DNA from: Octopus vulgaris
Taxonomy: Eukaryota
Assembly (NCBI GenBank): GCA_951406725.2
Contig: OX597817.1
Span: 166,470,001-166,534,000 of the forward strand
DNA length: 64,000 nt
Reading direction: 5' to 3'
Position numbers and translations under genes: made by a program. This document shows positions 11,990 to 24,657 of this stretch, in pieces (position 1 is the stretch's first letter; each line of letters starts with the position of its first letter). The notes under the pieces are model-generated. The model did not search any database, was not told where the DNA came from, and was given only the letters and a program-made list of their open reading frames with translations.

Positions 11990-12726
11990 GAAAGGAAGGA
12001 AGAATGAAATGGAGGGAGGGAGGAAGGGAGACTGAAAGGGATGGAGGGAAGGAAGAAAGAATGAAAGGGATGGAGGGAAGGAAGGCTGAAAGGGATGGAG
12101 GGAAGAAGGGAGACTGAAAGGGATGGAGGGAGGAAGGGAGACTGAAAGGGATAGAGGGAAGGAAGAAAGAATGAAAGGGACGGAGGGAAGGAAGAAAGAA
12201 TGAAAGGGACGGGGGGAAGGAAGATTGAAAGGGATGGAGGGAAGGAAGGAAGACTGAAAGGGATGGAGGGAAGGATGGAAGACTGAAAGAGACGTAGGGA
12301 AGGAAAGAAGACTGAAAGAGACAGAGGGAAGGAAGGAATACTGAAAGGGATGGAAGGAAAGAAGGAATACTGAAATGGAAGGAGGGAAGGAAAGAAGACT
12401 GAAAGGGATGGAAGGAAAGAAGGAAGACTGAAAGGGATGGAAGGAAAGAAGGAAGACTGAATGGGAGGAGGGAAGGAAGGGAGACTGGAAGGTATGAAGG
12501 GAAGGAAGAATGAAATGGATGGAGGGAAGGAAAGAAGATTGAAATGGATGGAGGGAAGGAAGGAAGACTGAAATGGTTAGAGGGAAGGAAAGAAGACTGA
12601 AAGGATGGAGAGAAGGAAGAAAGAATAAAAGGAACGGAGGGAAGGAAGAAAGAATGAAAGGGACGGAGGGAAGGAAGATTGAAAGGGATGAAGAGAAGGA
12701 GAGAAGGAAGGTAGACTGAAAGGGAT
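11990..12726. repeat. Polypurine minisatellite (~27-bp GACTGAAAGGGATGGAGGGAAGGAAG units)
   Basis: Direct reading. Confidence 0.9.
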
Positions 12727-12842
12727 GTATGTACAGGTATTCGGTCTAAATTTGATATTTAAATCTCCTTTTCCCGGTACAATTTGATTCATGGGTGAAC
12801 TGTCAACAGCGTTGAATTGAGTGCGTAATGACTAAAACTGAG

Positions 12843-14202
12843 CAGGATGGAGCAGAGAGGACGGACATTTTTGAAATGACTAATCCTCAACTCCAGAACA
12901 AATGTGTGTATGAGGGATATATGTCCGACAGGTACCATTCGTTTCGGGGTGTCTTAGCATTTTTTCTTCTTTTCAGGTGAAGCCATGGCACTGTGGACGA
13001 CAAAGCATCGCGTGTTTGCCTACGACACTTACGTGAAGAATGATGAGTCTGTTACAGCAGTTCAGCATGAGTTTCGATGCCACTTCAACATTCACCAAAA
13101 TCCAGCTATACCCACTCGTAACACAATTTTACGTTGGGTGAATGCACTTCGTACACGAGGTACACTAATGAATAAGAGACTTGTGAGGGCGTCACGAACT
13201 GTACGGACCCCGGAAAATGTGAAACACGTCAGACATGATTTGATATGGAGTACAAATCGCTCTGCTTGGAGGCATTCCACTGAACTTGGCATCGGCAATC
13301 GATCGGTAAGGCGTATTTTGCATGAAGACCTGCATTTCCACCCGTACAAATTGTCATTGGGCAACAGTTAAAATCATGGGGCTATGCACAGATGCTTGAC
13401 TTTGCACATCAGATTGAATCGATTTTTGAGGCAAATGACAACCTCATTTTGTTAATGAGTGATGAAGCTCATTTTCATCTCAATGGCATGGTGAATCAAG
13501 AGAATAGTCGTTATTGGGCTCTTGGAAATCCGAGAGAATTGCACGAAAGACCACTGTACAGTGATGATTTGGTGTGCTGTTGGAAAAGCTGCCCTCATTG
13601 GTCTTTACCTTTTTAAAGGCAATAATGGAAGAGTACTTACTGTGAACTCCGAGCGTTATATCGAGATGGTAAACAAATTCTTTGCGCCTGAATTACGACG
13701 AAAATGTATGTCTATTTTACGTATGTGGTTTTAGCAGGATGGGGTGACGGCCCACGCAGCCAGAACATTAATGGACATTCTTCGCCCTCTCTTCAGTGAC
13801 TTCCTCATTTGCAGGTTTGCTGACATTCCTTGCACACTTCGGTCCCCTGATTTGTTCATACTTGATTATTTCTTGTAAGGAAACCTCAAGGTACGTGTGT
13901 ATGCGCATAAGCCCCGTACACATTATTCTTGTTTTCATTGATTAGCAGGAAGCTATTTGCGTGGAAGTCGCCCAGATCAACAGGGCAATGCTGGAGAGAG
14001 TGGTGACCAACTTCCAAGAAGGCGTTTAGAAGTGCATCAATGAAAACGGACACCACATGATGGATATTGTTTTCCACACTTGATTCTGACAAATGCTAAT
14101 TCAATATAATTCAATGCGAACACATTGATGTCAATAAAATTTGTTTGGAGCTAAAATTAATGATTTTGTGAATTTTTCAAAAATGTCCGTTCTCTCAACC
14201 TT
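12843..14202 (+). mobile_element. Tc1/mariner DD41D (rosa-type) transposon with pseudogenised transposase
   Basis: N-terminal HTH (ORF 12985), SDEAHFHLNG, QDG-x41-D counted by hand, several stops/frameshifts; TIR GAGAGGACGGACATTTTTGAAA (12855-76) / TTTCAAAAATGTCCGTTCTCTC (14175-96). Confidence 0.9.
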
Positions 14203-14224
14203 GGTTGAGAAACAGTTAGCTGAC

Positions 14225-15195
14225 ATGGAGGGCCAACTGAATGTTAGCAAAGAGTTACCTGTATCATGATGGTTTGCCCAGAGTATCAAAATGTCGAGAT
14301 CATGACTGCTCCTCAATGCTCTGTAAACACTGTAAAGTTTGCAAGACATGACGAGGACAGCAGAGAATACGAAGTCGTGGCTTGCAGGCTGGGACACAGC
14401 AGGCGTTCTGACTGCATCCAAGTGCCAGAATCCATCCAACAACTGCAGGACAGCGTGAAGAGAGATCTGAGCAAGGGAATCCAGGCTTTGACGAGAGAAA
14501 TGGATGAAGTATCGATCATGAATGTAAGTCTGAATGAGGATCTTCGCTAACACTCGTACAAGAGGTGCAAGGAACAAATTCTTATAGTCGAAACTGTTTG
14601 GCGAAGGTAGGCGAGCCTCTTGAACAAAGCATCCTATTTACCCGGGATGATCTGGTTTTCCGATGAAAAGAACTTCTACGACGACCAGTTGCACAACACG
14701 CTGAACAAAAGGTGGCTTACCTGCAATCCATATAATGTCCCACAATCCGTGAAAACCAAGTTCCCCCAAGCTGTAATAGTTTTTGTGAGTATCGCCAGTG
14801 AGAATGGCGTAATGTCGCCCCACATTTTTGACAGGTCATTCGGCTCATATCAGACGGTCATGTAAAGCTGCTGGAGACTGTCGTCAAATCCTGGCTGGGG
14901 AGGCTTGCTACCGGAAGATCATATGTATTACAGCAGGATTCGACTCCTTGCCATTCATCCGGAAGGTGTCAGAATTGGTTGTCGAAGAATTCCTGCGATT
15001 TCACCAGCCCCAATTTCTGGCCCCTTAATTCCCTCAATCGCAATCCCATGGATTACTACTATGTGCGAGGCGCAGTTAAGAAAGACACCAGCGGTTCTAG
15101 CTACAAGACGAAGGCCGAGTTGATGGCCAACATCAAGGAGGTGTTCGAAGATCTTCCAAGGGACACAGTGAAGAAAGCATGTACGGCCGCAGTCT
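14225..15195 (+). mobile_element. Tc1/mariner DD37D (maT-type) transposase pseudogene
   Basis: WFSDEKNF ... QQDSTPCH ... WPLNSLNRNPMDYY; 37 residues between the second and third D. Confidence 0.85.
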
Positions 15196-15535
15196 AACTG
15201 AAACAAACAAAGACTAAAGAAGATGTTTTCAATGAAACAAGAATAGAGCGAATTAATGAAAAAAGAAAAGAGTGAATAAATTTATACGCACACAGATAAT
15301 TATTGTGTGTAGGCACAGAAAAATGAGAAATTAAAATATTCTCCATTCTAACATTAATTCTAATTGACTCGGTCAAATTTTCGAACTCAATGAATTCTCT
15401 TTTATATGCGGGGTACCATTATATCTAGCATTTATTTATAAAATCTGTTTTTTTGTTTAGGTGTCCGTAACTTAGCGGTTCAGCAAAAGAAACTGATAGA
15501 ATAACCACCAGGACTGAACAGCAACAAATTAAGTA

Positions 15536-15789
15536 AATAAATGCGCCCTTTTAAAGCCTAGCCAGGCTCATGGGCCCGGTTTCCCGGTTTCTATGGCGTA
15601 TGTGTTCCCCAGCGTGACGGGACGACAGTCCATCGCAGCGTTACTCATTTTTGCCAGCTGAGTGGACTGGAGCAACGTGAAATGAAGTGTTTTGCTCAAG
15701 AACACAACGCGTCGCCCGGTCCAGGAATCGAAACCAGAATCTTACGATCATGATGCTGCCACCCTAACCACTAAGCCACGTTCCTCCAC
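15536..15789 (-). mobile_element. tRNA-derived SINE with CORE-like domain, inserted in a SINE A remnant
   Basis: Head GTGGCTTAGTGGTTAGGG...GGTTTCGATTCC; TSD CAAATTAAGTA at 15525-15535 and 15792-15802. Confidence 0.8.
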
Positions 15790-15899
15790 AGCAAATTAAG
15801 TACCGAGGTAGATTTGTTAGACTGAAACACTTCAAGGCAGTACCCCAGCATGGCTGTAGTCGAATGCCTGAAAGGGAGGATGAACGAGAAAAGACGCAA

Positions 15900-16263
15900 C
15901 ATCAATGGACGTTCTTCGCCCTCTCTTCAGTGACTGCCTCATTTCTAGGTTTGCTGACATTCCTTGGACACCTCGGTCCCCTGGTTTGTTCATGTGTGAT
16001 TATTCTTTGTGGGGAAACCTCAAGGTGCGTGTGTATGCGCATAAGCCCCGAACTTTGGACGATTTGCAGGAAGCTATTTGCGTGAAAGTCGCCCAGATCA
16101 ACAGGGCAATGCTGGAGAGAGTGGTGACCAACTACCAAGAGTGTGTTCAGAACGGACACCACATGATGGATGTTGTTTTCCACACTTGATTCTGACAAAT
16201 ACTAATTCAATATAATTCAATGCGAACACATTGATGTCAATAAAATCCGTTTGGAGCTAAAAT
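15900..16263 (+). mobile_element. Second, 3'-only fragment of the DD41D element
   Basis: Diverged direct repeat of ~13765-14157; WTPRSPGLFMCDYSLWGNLK. Confidence 0.88.
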
Positions 16264-17009
16264 TGTTGGCAGTGTTGGATATTACATCATTCTAATTAGA
16301 ATTGCAATGTTGTACCTCTCTTAATTAATTATTATGTGTTGTTCTGCCACGAACTGTTGCTTTCTTACAGAGCAGCTTATTAGAGTCTCCCCTTTCTCTC
16401 TCTCTCTCTCTCTCTCTTTCTTTCTCCCCTCCCCCCTCTCTCTCTCTTTCTCTAATTAAATTGTATTCAAAGAAAATTCTTAGGGCCCCCTTCTAACTTT
16501 CATGGTCGTCTCCCCGGGATCTAATTGAAAATGAGTTGGAAAAATCAGTTCTGTTTTACGGTGTTTGTTGGGGGTAAAGACGTAGAAGTGACATATGTTT
16601 GTAACATTCGTCTCGTTTGGCTATTGTTGGCATACATATGCTTAATACAAGGAACACAATTTCACAATGATGTCAGCATAGGAGTGTTTATACGTGCAGA
16701 TGTACGTTAGAGTATAGACGTAAATAGAAACAAATTCACACACACACATGCACGCAAACGCACGTACACATACATATATTTGGTGTGTGTTTGTAACAGT
16801 ATATGGCGGCATTAACGTGTCCATGTATATTTTGTGTGCCTACTCTAACTTTATTTCTCTCTCTCTGTCTCTCGTCTCGTCTCTCTCTCCTTTCTTCTGT
16901 AATCTCTCTCCCTCTTTCTCTCTCTCAAAGCCACACATGCACATACGTTAATGTTTTTATAATCGAGTTATGATTATATTAAAATGAAAGAATCCTGAAT
17001 GTTTTCTGT

Positions 17010-17165
17010 GTGACTGTGTGGTAAGAAGCTTGTTTCCCAACCACATAGTTCCAAGTTCAGTGCCACTGCGTGGTACTTTGGGTAAGTGTTCTTTACTATA
17101 GCCTCGGGCCGACCGAGCTTTTTGAGTAGAATGGGTATACGGAAACTGAAAGAAGCCCTTGTATA
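17010..17165 (+). mobile_element. SINE A 5' half (3' half at 19727-19930)
   Basis: Ends at GAAACTGAAAGAAGCCC + (TA)n; the family sequence resumes after the PLE. Confidence 0.75.
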
Positions 17166-17199
17166 TATACATATGTATGTATATTTTTTTAATGTGTAC

Positions 17200-19550
17200 G
17201 AATGACAATGAAAAAATAATTAAATTGTTACCAGGGTAGCAAAAATTCACCTAAGTGCCAAAGATATTGTAATATCTTTGGCACTTATGTGAATTTATAA
17301 AGGTAGATGAAGACTAAACCTCTTGATCCTAAACAACCTCGTTTTATTTTAAAAGACCATGAACCAAATTTTTTTAACAACCCAACCTTACGACTTATTT
17401 GTCCTTCTAGCTCTGATATCGGTGTAAATAATAAAAATATTCTAGATAAATATATTCTTTCTTTAGTAATAAAATTAATGCTTAATTTATGGTCTAATAA
17501 GTGCACTAAGTTTATCCAGTTCGACATTTCTAGTTATATACTTCTATTAATCAAATTGTACGAAACAAAGCACCCTGGTTTGCACACAACAAAGAAGGTT
17601 TCACCCGAGATGAAATCAATATGATATTGCTGCTAGAAAATCAATAATTAAATTTGAATATAAGTTACGGTTCCGTAAAGATACGCCTGAAAGCTTTGAT
17701 GTCACGATGGGAAGTCCTGACTTAGCACAATTGACTGATTTGGTCGGTATATATGTCTTTTATTAGATGGCTAACCAATTTACAAACGTCAATGAAGGTT
17801 TATATCGTGATGATAGTATACTCTATCTTCAAAATTTTTCTAACCAAAAATTACAAAGGGTTAAAAATAGGTTGGTTAAATTTTTTGGAAACATGGGCTT
17901 AAACATTAATTTCGATGATGATATAACTAAAGCCAACGTTTTGGAAATTACCGTTTACTTATATAATGATTCATATTTCCCATACCATAAACCCTCAACT
18001 AATTTAAAATATATTAGCTCTTTCAGTAATCATCCAAAGACTAATACAAGAACCTTAGTTAGAAATATTTCACTTAGACTTTCTAGATTATCTGCTACTG
18101 TTGATATCTTTAATGATAAAGCCGAATTCTATAACTCTGCCTAACATAAAGCAGGCTATAAAGAAAAAATTACGTATATTAACCTTATTGACATTAATTC
18201 TGCTTTTATTAACCAGGACATGAAAACACATCATAACTGCAATAGAAATATAAAGTTGAGTTCGAATAATAACAATAAATCGAAAAATATATTTTTGAAG
18301 TGTGAGATAACCGTTCTTTATTTCCCATTATACGTAATAAAAATAAATTTAGGACTTTTAAAGATAATTACCCAGATAACGAGGTGGGTTCTAGTAAAAC
18401 AATTTGGTTGATCATTCCATTTGACAAACAGATCAAATCCAACCCTCCTTATCAGTTTCGTGAAGCTATAGATAAGAATTTTCCAAAAAGTTTAAGATAC
18501 CATTACATTATCAATTCACACCAAATTAGGATAGGTTTTTCAAACACCAAAAACCCTTCAAAAGTCATATCTTCACATAACCATAAGTTATTAAATACAA
18601 ATCCTCTTAATGAAAATTATAACAGTGATATTATTAAGGCTAACCATTATTTGAACAACAATAACAACAATATTAATATTTCTGATATAAATTCGAATCA
18701 AATCTATTTCCTTAGCTGTAATTCTAAGACTAGAAATTCTGTTTATCAATGTAAGATTACCTTCGGTTCTGATGTCTTTTTTATATAGGTAGCCCTTCGT
18801 GTCATTTGTCGAAAAGAATATCTAACCATTATTCTACATTTAGACATATCAATAAACGCAGCAATACTGAGATTAGTAAATTAGTTTGGTCTCTAAGGGA
18901 ACATAATAAACAATACGGTTTGGAATGGAAAAAATTCTATCTAGATCCTTCCCATATGACAAAGGTAAATCTTTTTGTTCGCTCTGTAACGAAGAGCTAT
19001 TTTTCATCCTTTTCTCGAAGAATACTCTTGTAAACACGTTTAAAGAACACGATTGTCGTTGTAAACATTGAGAAAACATACTTTGAATTCCTATAAATAA
19101 TTTCTACCAATCTATAAAATACGACCTTTAAGTGTCTTCTTAAATTAAATTTCGTCTACATATATCTATTTCCACGCTTTTAACTTTAATCCCATTCATC
19201 TATCACGTTGTAATTTTCCACACTTAATTTTCTGTTAATTTCTTTCTTTATCCCACCTTCTCTTTCTCTAAATTACTTTTGACGTTAAATCTATTAACGG
19301 TTTAAAAAAAAAATAACTTGCTGGCGTTACCCTTACATCATATACTTGCGTACGCGGTAATCACACTTAGTTAAAATGACTTACTGATGTGTTTTGTTCC
19401 TTTTTTTTCCTCCATGACAAGATAATTGAATTGTTTTACATCATTTTTATTCCCTTCGGAATAATCTCAATGCATTTTTCGAAACAAATGTTGAAAGGAT
19501 AAATGATTTGAATAACACCTGCGCTTGACTCCATTTCTTAATTTATCCAT
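17200..19550 (+). mobile_element. Penelope-like retroelement (Naiad-like), decayed RT + GIY-YIG endonuclease + 3' pLTR
   Basis: LKDHEPNF..RLICP, FIQFDI, FDVTMGS..LVG, GLYRDD, YHKP..YISSFSNHP; VYQCKIT..YIG..KRISNHYSTF..ISKLVWSL..CSLC; multiple stops/frameshifts; clade assignment from recalled motifs. Confidence 0.85.
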
Positions 19551-19560
19551 GTTTCATATA

Positions 19561-19596
<36 letters not shown>

Positions 19597-19630
19597 TGTA
19601 TGTATGTATGTATGTATGTATGTATGTATG

Positions 19631-19662
<32 letters not shown>

Positions 19663-19684
19663 TATATGTATGTATGTATGTATG

Positions 19685-19716
<32 letters not shown>

Positions 19717-19726
19717 TGTATGTATG

Positions 19727-19930
19727 TGTGCGTCTGTGTTTGTCCTCCCAGTCATCGCTTGACAACAGATGCAGATGTGGTAATGTCCCCGTAACTTAGT
19801 AGTTCGGCAAAAGATATCGATAGAATAAGTACTGTGCTTACAAAGAATAAGTCCTTATAAGAATGTCGATTTCGACTAAATTCCCTTAAAGCATGGCTGC
19901 AGACATACGACAGAAACAAGGAAATAAATA
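19727..19930 (+). mobile_element. SINE A 3' half
   Basis: CATCGCTTGACAAC...GTCCCCGTAACTTAG..TTCGGCAAAAG...GATAGAATAAGTACT. Confidence 0.8.
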
Positions 19931-19985
19931 AAACAATAAAGGCATAAAGAGTGGATCTTGTAATTTTATAGTTTATATATATATA

Positions 19986-21345
19986 TCTCCCGCCCACGTT
20001 GCCGCACTTGCCCTTACCTCTCCAACACCACCCGCCTCACTAGCACCCACCATCGACCCTATCCCATCATCCACTCCTTCACCTGCACCTCCAGCAATAT
20101 TATCTATTGCATCTCTTGCTCTCTCTGCAATTCCTTGTACATCGGACAAACGGGACGCCGCTTGGCTGACCGGTTCGCGGAACACCTTCGTGACATCCAC
20201 CTTGCGAACGACACACCGGTCTCACGCCATTTCCGCTCCACCGGTCACTCCTTGCAACACCTATCTGTGTTCGGTTTGTCCTTACACAGAGGCCATCCGG
20301 ATTCCCGTTTGCGCCGTGAACAGGAATTAATCTTCTCTCTTCGCTCTTATACGCCATTTGGTCTCAACTCTCCCCCCTCCTCATCTAACCCCCCTCTCCC
20401 CCTCCTCACCTATCCTTTCTCCCCCCGACCCCTACTTCTTCAGTCCTTCATCCTTTCACCCCTACTCCCCTTCCCTTCTTCCCTCTTTCTCCCTCCCTCT
20501 TCCCCTTCCCTCTGCTCCCTCACTCCCTCTCTCCCCCTCTCCCTCTTTCCTCCTTCACCCCCCTCCTCCCCTTCCTTCTCCCCCATCCTCTCCTCTTCCC
20601 CCTTCTCCTCCCCCTCTTCTTCCCCTCGCCTTCTCTCCCCCTCTTCTCCCCCTCCCCCTCTTCTCCTCACTACACCACATGACTTTACACATCACATCAC
20701 ATATGATGTGCCATACTAATACACACACCAACTAATACATACTAATACGTACTAATACATACCAGTACATACTAATACTTACACCAACCCTATACATACA
20801 CACGTCCAGACCCCGCATAAGCACTTATACTCTCTCTCTCACACACACACACACCTATACATACCAATACGTACTAATACATACTAATACATACTAATAC
20901 ATACACCAACCCCATACATACGCACGTCCAGACCAATCTTACGCACTAATACTCTCTCATACACACACACACCCTTATACATACTAATACATACACCAAC
21001 CCTATACATACACACATCCAGACCCCTCCCACGCACTTTTAGCTGGTCCCTCAACCCTTTTATCAACCCTATTATCTCCCCTTATTTCGCTCTCGCGTCT
21101 CATGTTTGATCTTTGACCTCTGGCCGAAATCAGATCGCCATGTTGATTCGTTAGCTACTGCACGCATTTTTTTTTCTCTCCTTCTTTCTGTGTTTTTCTC
21201 TCTCTGTGTATCTTTCTGTTGAAGAGCGTAGGCTCGAAACGTTAAAGACTTGTTTTATTTATATTTCCTGAGCGCCATACTAATACAATTGTTCGTTTGT
21301 TTTCCACCTGCCTTCGTCTTCTGTTTATTTTCATAAAGCTTCCCG

Positions 21346-21347
<2 letters not shown>
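19986..21347 (+). mobile_element. 5'-truncated Neptune-like PLE: open GIY-YIG domain, C/T-rich 3' UTR, pLTR with HHR-like motif, in (TA)n
   Basis: PRCRTCPY...FTCTSSNIIYCISCSLCNSLYIGQTGRRLADRFAEH...RLRREQELIFSL..PFGLN with no stops. Confidence 0.9.
21211..21248 (+). ncRNA. Minimal HHR-like motif in PLE pLTR (variant core)
   Basis: TCTTT-CTGTTGA-A-GAGC(GTAG)GCTC-GAAA-CG-TT-AAAGA; 5-bp stem I, A6>U. Confidence 0.5.
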
Positions 21348-21400
<53 letters not shown>

Positions 21401-21403
<3 letters not shown>

Positions 21404-21624
21404 GGTTGGCCAAAAGTCACCTGGCAGTAAATCAAACCCATTTAATTCCAAGATATATTTACGTCTATAAATTTGATAAAAGCATCTAAATACGAAACAT
21501 CATGTAAATTGTTCAAACTGAAGTCCTTCTTGAGAGACACATTTTTCCATTCAAGTCAGTACAGAATTACAGATGGTATTTATGGAATTTTGATTTACTG
21601 TCGGGTGACGTTTGGCCAACCCTG
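21401..21624. mobile_element. Tc1-like MITE
   Basis: TIRs AGGGTTGGCCAAAAGTCACCTGGCAGTAAATCAAA / TTTGATTTACTGTCGGGTGACGTTTGGCCAACCCT with TA flanks. Confidence 0.85.
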
Positions 21625-21879
21625 TATACATATGTATCTATTCATGTGTGCGCGTGTGTAAACTTGCATGGCAAAAATATTGGTTTATACAAACATGGCA
21701 AACTTAATTCTCCCTCCGTAGATTGAAAAATATTCTGAAGAGTTTTGGTCGATTTTCGAAACGTATAGGCTTTTTATCAGAGATCTACACATCATTTGAC
21801 AAACTCAAGTGAAAACACTGCCAATCCATTTATATACTCAAATAATGTTGGTGCTACAGACTAGTGGAGCAACTAATTT

Positions 21880-22056
21880 GCATATTTACTGGATTACCGA
21901 CTTTAGTCGAACAAATCGACCCCAGTACTTAAGACCCCTAGTGCTTATTCTATCGGTATCTTTGGCCGAACCGTTATGCTACGGAAACATAAACACACCA
22001 GCATCGGTTGTCAAATGACGGTAGGGGGGGAGAAAGACAGACATACACACACACAA

Positions 22057-22149
<93 letters not shown>

Positions 22150-22302
22150 GATGGGCATCTCTCAGCTTCCGTCTACCAAATCTACTCACAAGGGTTTGGT
22201 CGGCCCGAGGCAATAGTAGAAGACACTTGCCTAAGGTGCAACGCAGTGGAACTGAGCCCGGAAACATATGGTTGGAAAGAAATCTTCTTTACCACACAGC
22301 CA
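21880..22302 (-). mobile_element. SINE family A
   Basis: Reverse complement of family A including the internal microsatellite. Confidence 0.85.
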
Positions 22303-22658
22303 CGAGAAAGAAAGAGAGCGACAGGAAGTCGTCACTATAATAACTATTACGTATATGTGTGTACACACATTCACACGTACACACACACACACATACAAAC
22401 ACATTCACACGTATATATACACATACACATAATGGTTAATATAGTGAGAGCTTTGTTCCTTTGATCGTTCCTGATGTCCTGGATAATACACATACCAGTC
22501 ACTCTTGATTTGAGCAACTGTTATATATAAATTCTTGCATCTATGTGGTTATAGGAATGTCTTCAGCTCAGCAGCAGCTGACGAGGTGAAATATTTACCG
22601 AAACAACTAGTTGACAGGCGGCGTAACCTGTGGTAAATATTTCACGTTTTGTTCAGGA

Positions 22659-22692
<34 letters not shown>

Positions 22693-22769
22693 CTATACCA
22701 ACCACCGAACTGAGCGGCACTGCATAATACCAAAGATACTGACTTCATCATTTCAGATAAGGACCCAGT

Positions 22770-22986
22770 ATTGAAACAGCCATCCTGGTTCTGCACAGAT
22801 CCCAGATCAAAATTCGGAAATACAGTAAAATAGCACTCAACGAACACATCACACATTTGTGCCAATACCAAGCAACTCAGCTTCAGAATTTTTCCCCTCT
22901 ATCAATTCAGGGACGATGCAACCTGTAGTCAGCGCATTAGTAAAGAGTCATTCTTTATCACAAAATATAAACCCCTTTTGAATGCA
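22770..22986 (+). mobile_element. PLE GIY-YIG C-terminal remnant
   Basis: HICANTKQLSFRIFPLYQF...QRISKESFFITKYKPLLN; related to 59820-60130. Confidence 0.65.
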
Positions 22987-23156
22987 TCCACGACAAACGA
23001 CACTATTACAAGGGTGTTAGAATAATACCCACGCAAATATTAAAAACGATATATTCAGAACAGTCACTTTACATGAATTTATACAGAATAGTTCCATTCA
23101 CTATTATTACAACCACAACGGGTCACATCCTGCTACTGTCATACCACTCCTGCATT

Positions 23157-23260
23157 ATTCTTCTTCTTCTTCTTCTTCTTCTTCTTCTTCTTCTTCTTCT
23201 TCTTCTTCTTCTTCTTCTTCTTCTTCTTCTTCTTCTTCTTCCCCTGCTCCTCCTCCTCCC
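23157..23260. repeat. (CTT)n microsatellite
   Basis: Direct reading. Confidence 0.95.
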
Positions 23261-23476
23261 AATTTAATTGTTTCTCATGCTTTACTCTAAGTTGAAAAAG
23301 TCGCAAAGACTTTAGACCGGTACTAAAATGTTCTTCATGATAAAATTATATTAGCATTTTCTGGTCTTATTTTCCTGATAAATATATATATATAATAGAA
23401 TATTAGGGAATAAATCCAAACTTACAGGGAAAAATCAGATTTAGGATTGAATCCAATTTTATAGTAAAATATCATA

Positions 23477-23643
23477 TTATATTAAATTAGAGATAAAACC
23501 ACTATTAAGCAAATCATACAATGAAAAACTTAAGCCAATACATAAGATTATTTAATTTATATTATTTAAATATATAACAAAATTATTAAAAAAGATAATT
23601 AATATAACACAATTTGCCTAATAGTGGTTTTATCTCTAATTTA

Positions 23644-23652
<9 letters not shown>
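23477..23652. repeat. AT-rich fold-back with ~38-bp arms
   Basis: ATTAAATTAGAGATAAAACCACTATTAAGCAAAT / ATTTGCCTAATAGTGGTTTTATCTCTAATTTAAT; arm resembles 1580-1620. Confidence 0.8.
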
Positions 23653-23701
<49 letters not shown>

Positions 23702-23789
23702 TAAACTTACTTGGAAATGGATGCGCGGCGTTCAATCAAATAATCATGTAGATAATATATATAGGACGATAAGTAATACAAGTAACACA

Positions 23790-23890
23790 AGTAACACGAA
23801 GAACGACCCTCCATCAGTTGTCGGAATCTGCTCGAAATGAGGAGTAGATAGAGAGCTGACAACTGATGAAGAGTCGTTCTTTGTGTTACT
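23790..23890. repeat. Inverted repeat, 33-bp arms with 35-nt loop
   Basis: AGTAACACGAAGAACGACCCTCCATCAGTTGTC / GACAACTGATGAAGAGTCGTTCTTTGTGTTACT. Confidence 0.85.
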
Positions 23891-24542
23891 TTCAAGATGG
23901 CCCAATTGGAAAATTTGGCAAGTCAATATTATAAAAACTGTAATAAGATCATCATAATGTAAATATAAGTATTTAGTCTAGGCCGGAGTTTTTCAGGCGC
24001 ATGGAAATTCTCCAGAGGATATTGTTTCTGGTGACGACATCGATATATATTTGTGCACATTACATAAGCTATTATCGAAGGCAGCTTTAATATTTGGGAA
24101 TGTAGACAGGAAGCAGAACTTCAAGATCGAAGATTCATTGTGATATATTCCATTCAATGATGCTGGGTTATCCAGAAGAAATGGAGGGAAAAGGTATAAT
24201 TTTCTTTTTCCTTTCAACTAAATGACAACTTAATGAATGTAAATGTTTCTTATACCAACTTTTCAATGTATTCGTGGTGCATCTCGTACAATTTTCTTTT
24301 CTTAAAATTCGATGATGTTTTATTTCCTCTGCATATTATATCGTAGAGGTAAGATCACCAACTAAACTTTGCTCCCTCTCTCCTCTCGCTCTGTTTCTCT
24401 CTTTCTCCCTCTCTTTTCCCCTTCTCCCTCCATCTCTCTTTTCTCCTTCTCTCTGTCCCTCTCTGTCTCCTCTTCTGTATCTCCCTTTATATATATACGA
24501 ATATTCATACATGTATGTATACATAACGTATACACACAACAA

Positions 24543-24577
<35 letters not shown>

Positions 24578-24657
24578 ATCACACACACTCATATATAAAA
24601 CAAGCATGCACGCGCGTAAACATACACATATATGAAAAGACGATATGAATTCATATA

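Noticed and set aside
17300-19100. Selenocysteine recoding as reported for some Naiad PLEs
   Set aside because: Copy is disrupted by TAA/TAG stops and frameshifts, and I could not identify a SECIS by eye
22575-22620. CTGACGA-GGTGAA/TTTACC-GAAA-CAACTAGTTG as a functional HHR
   Set aside because: U16.1 replaced by A and stem I does not pair; counted only as a decayed relic
23895-24335. Possible coding remnant (EFFRRM...)
   Set aside because: Multiple stops in the frames examined and no further recognisable motif
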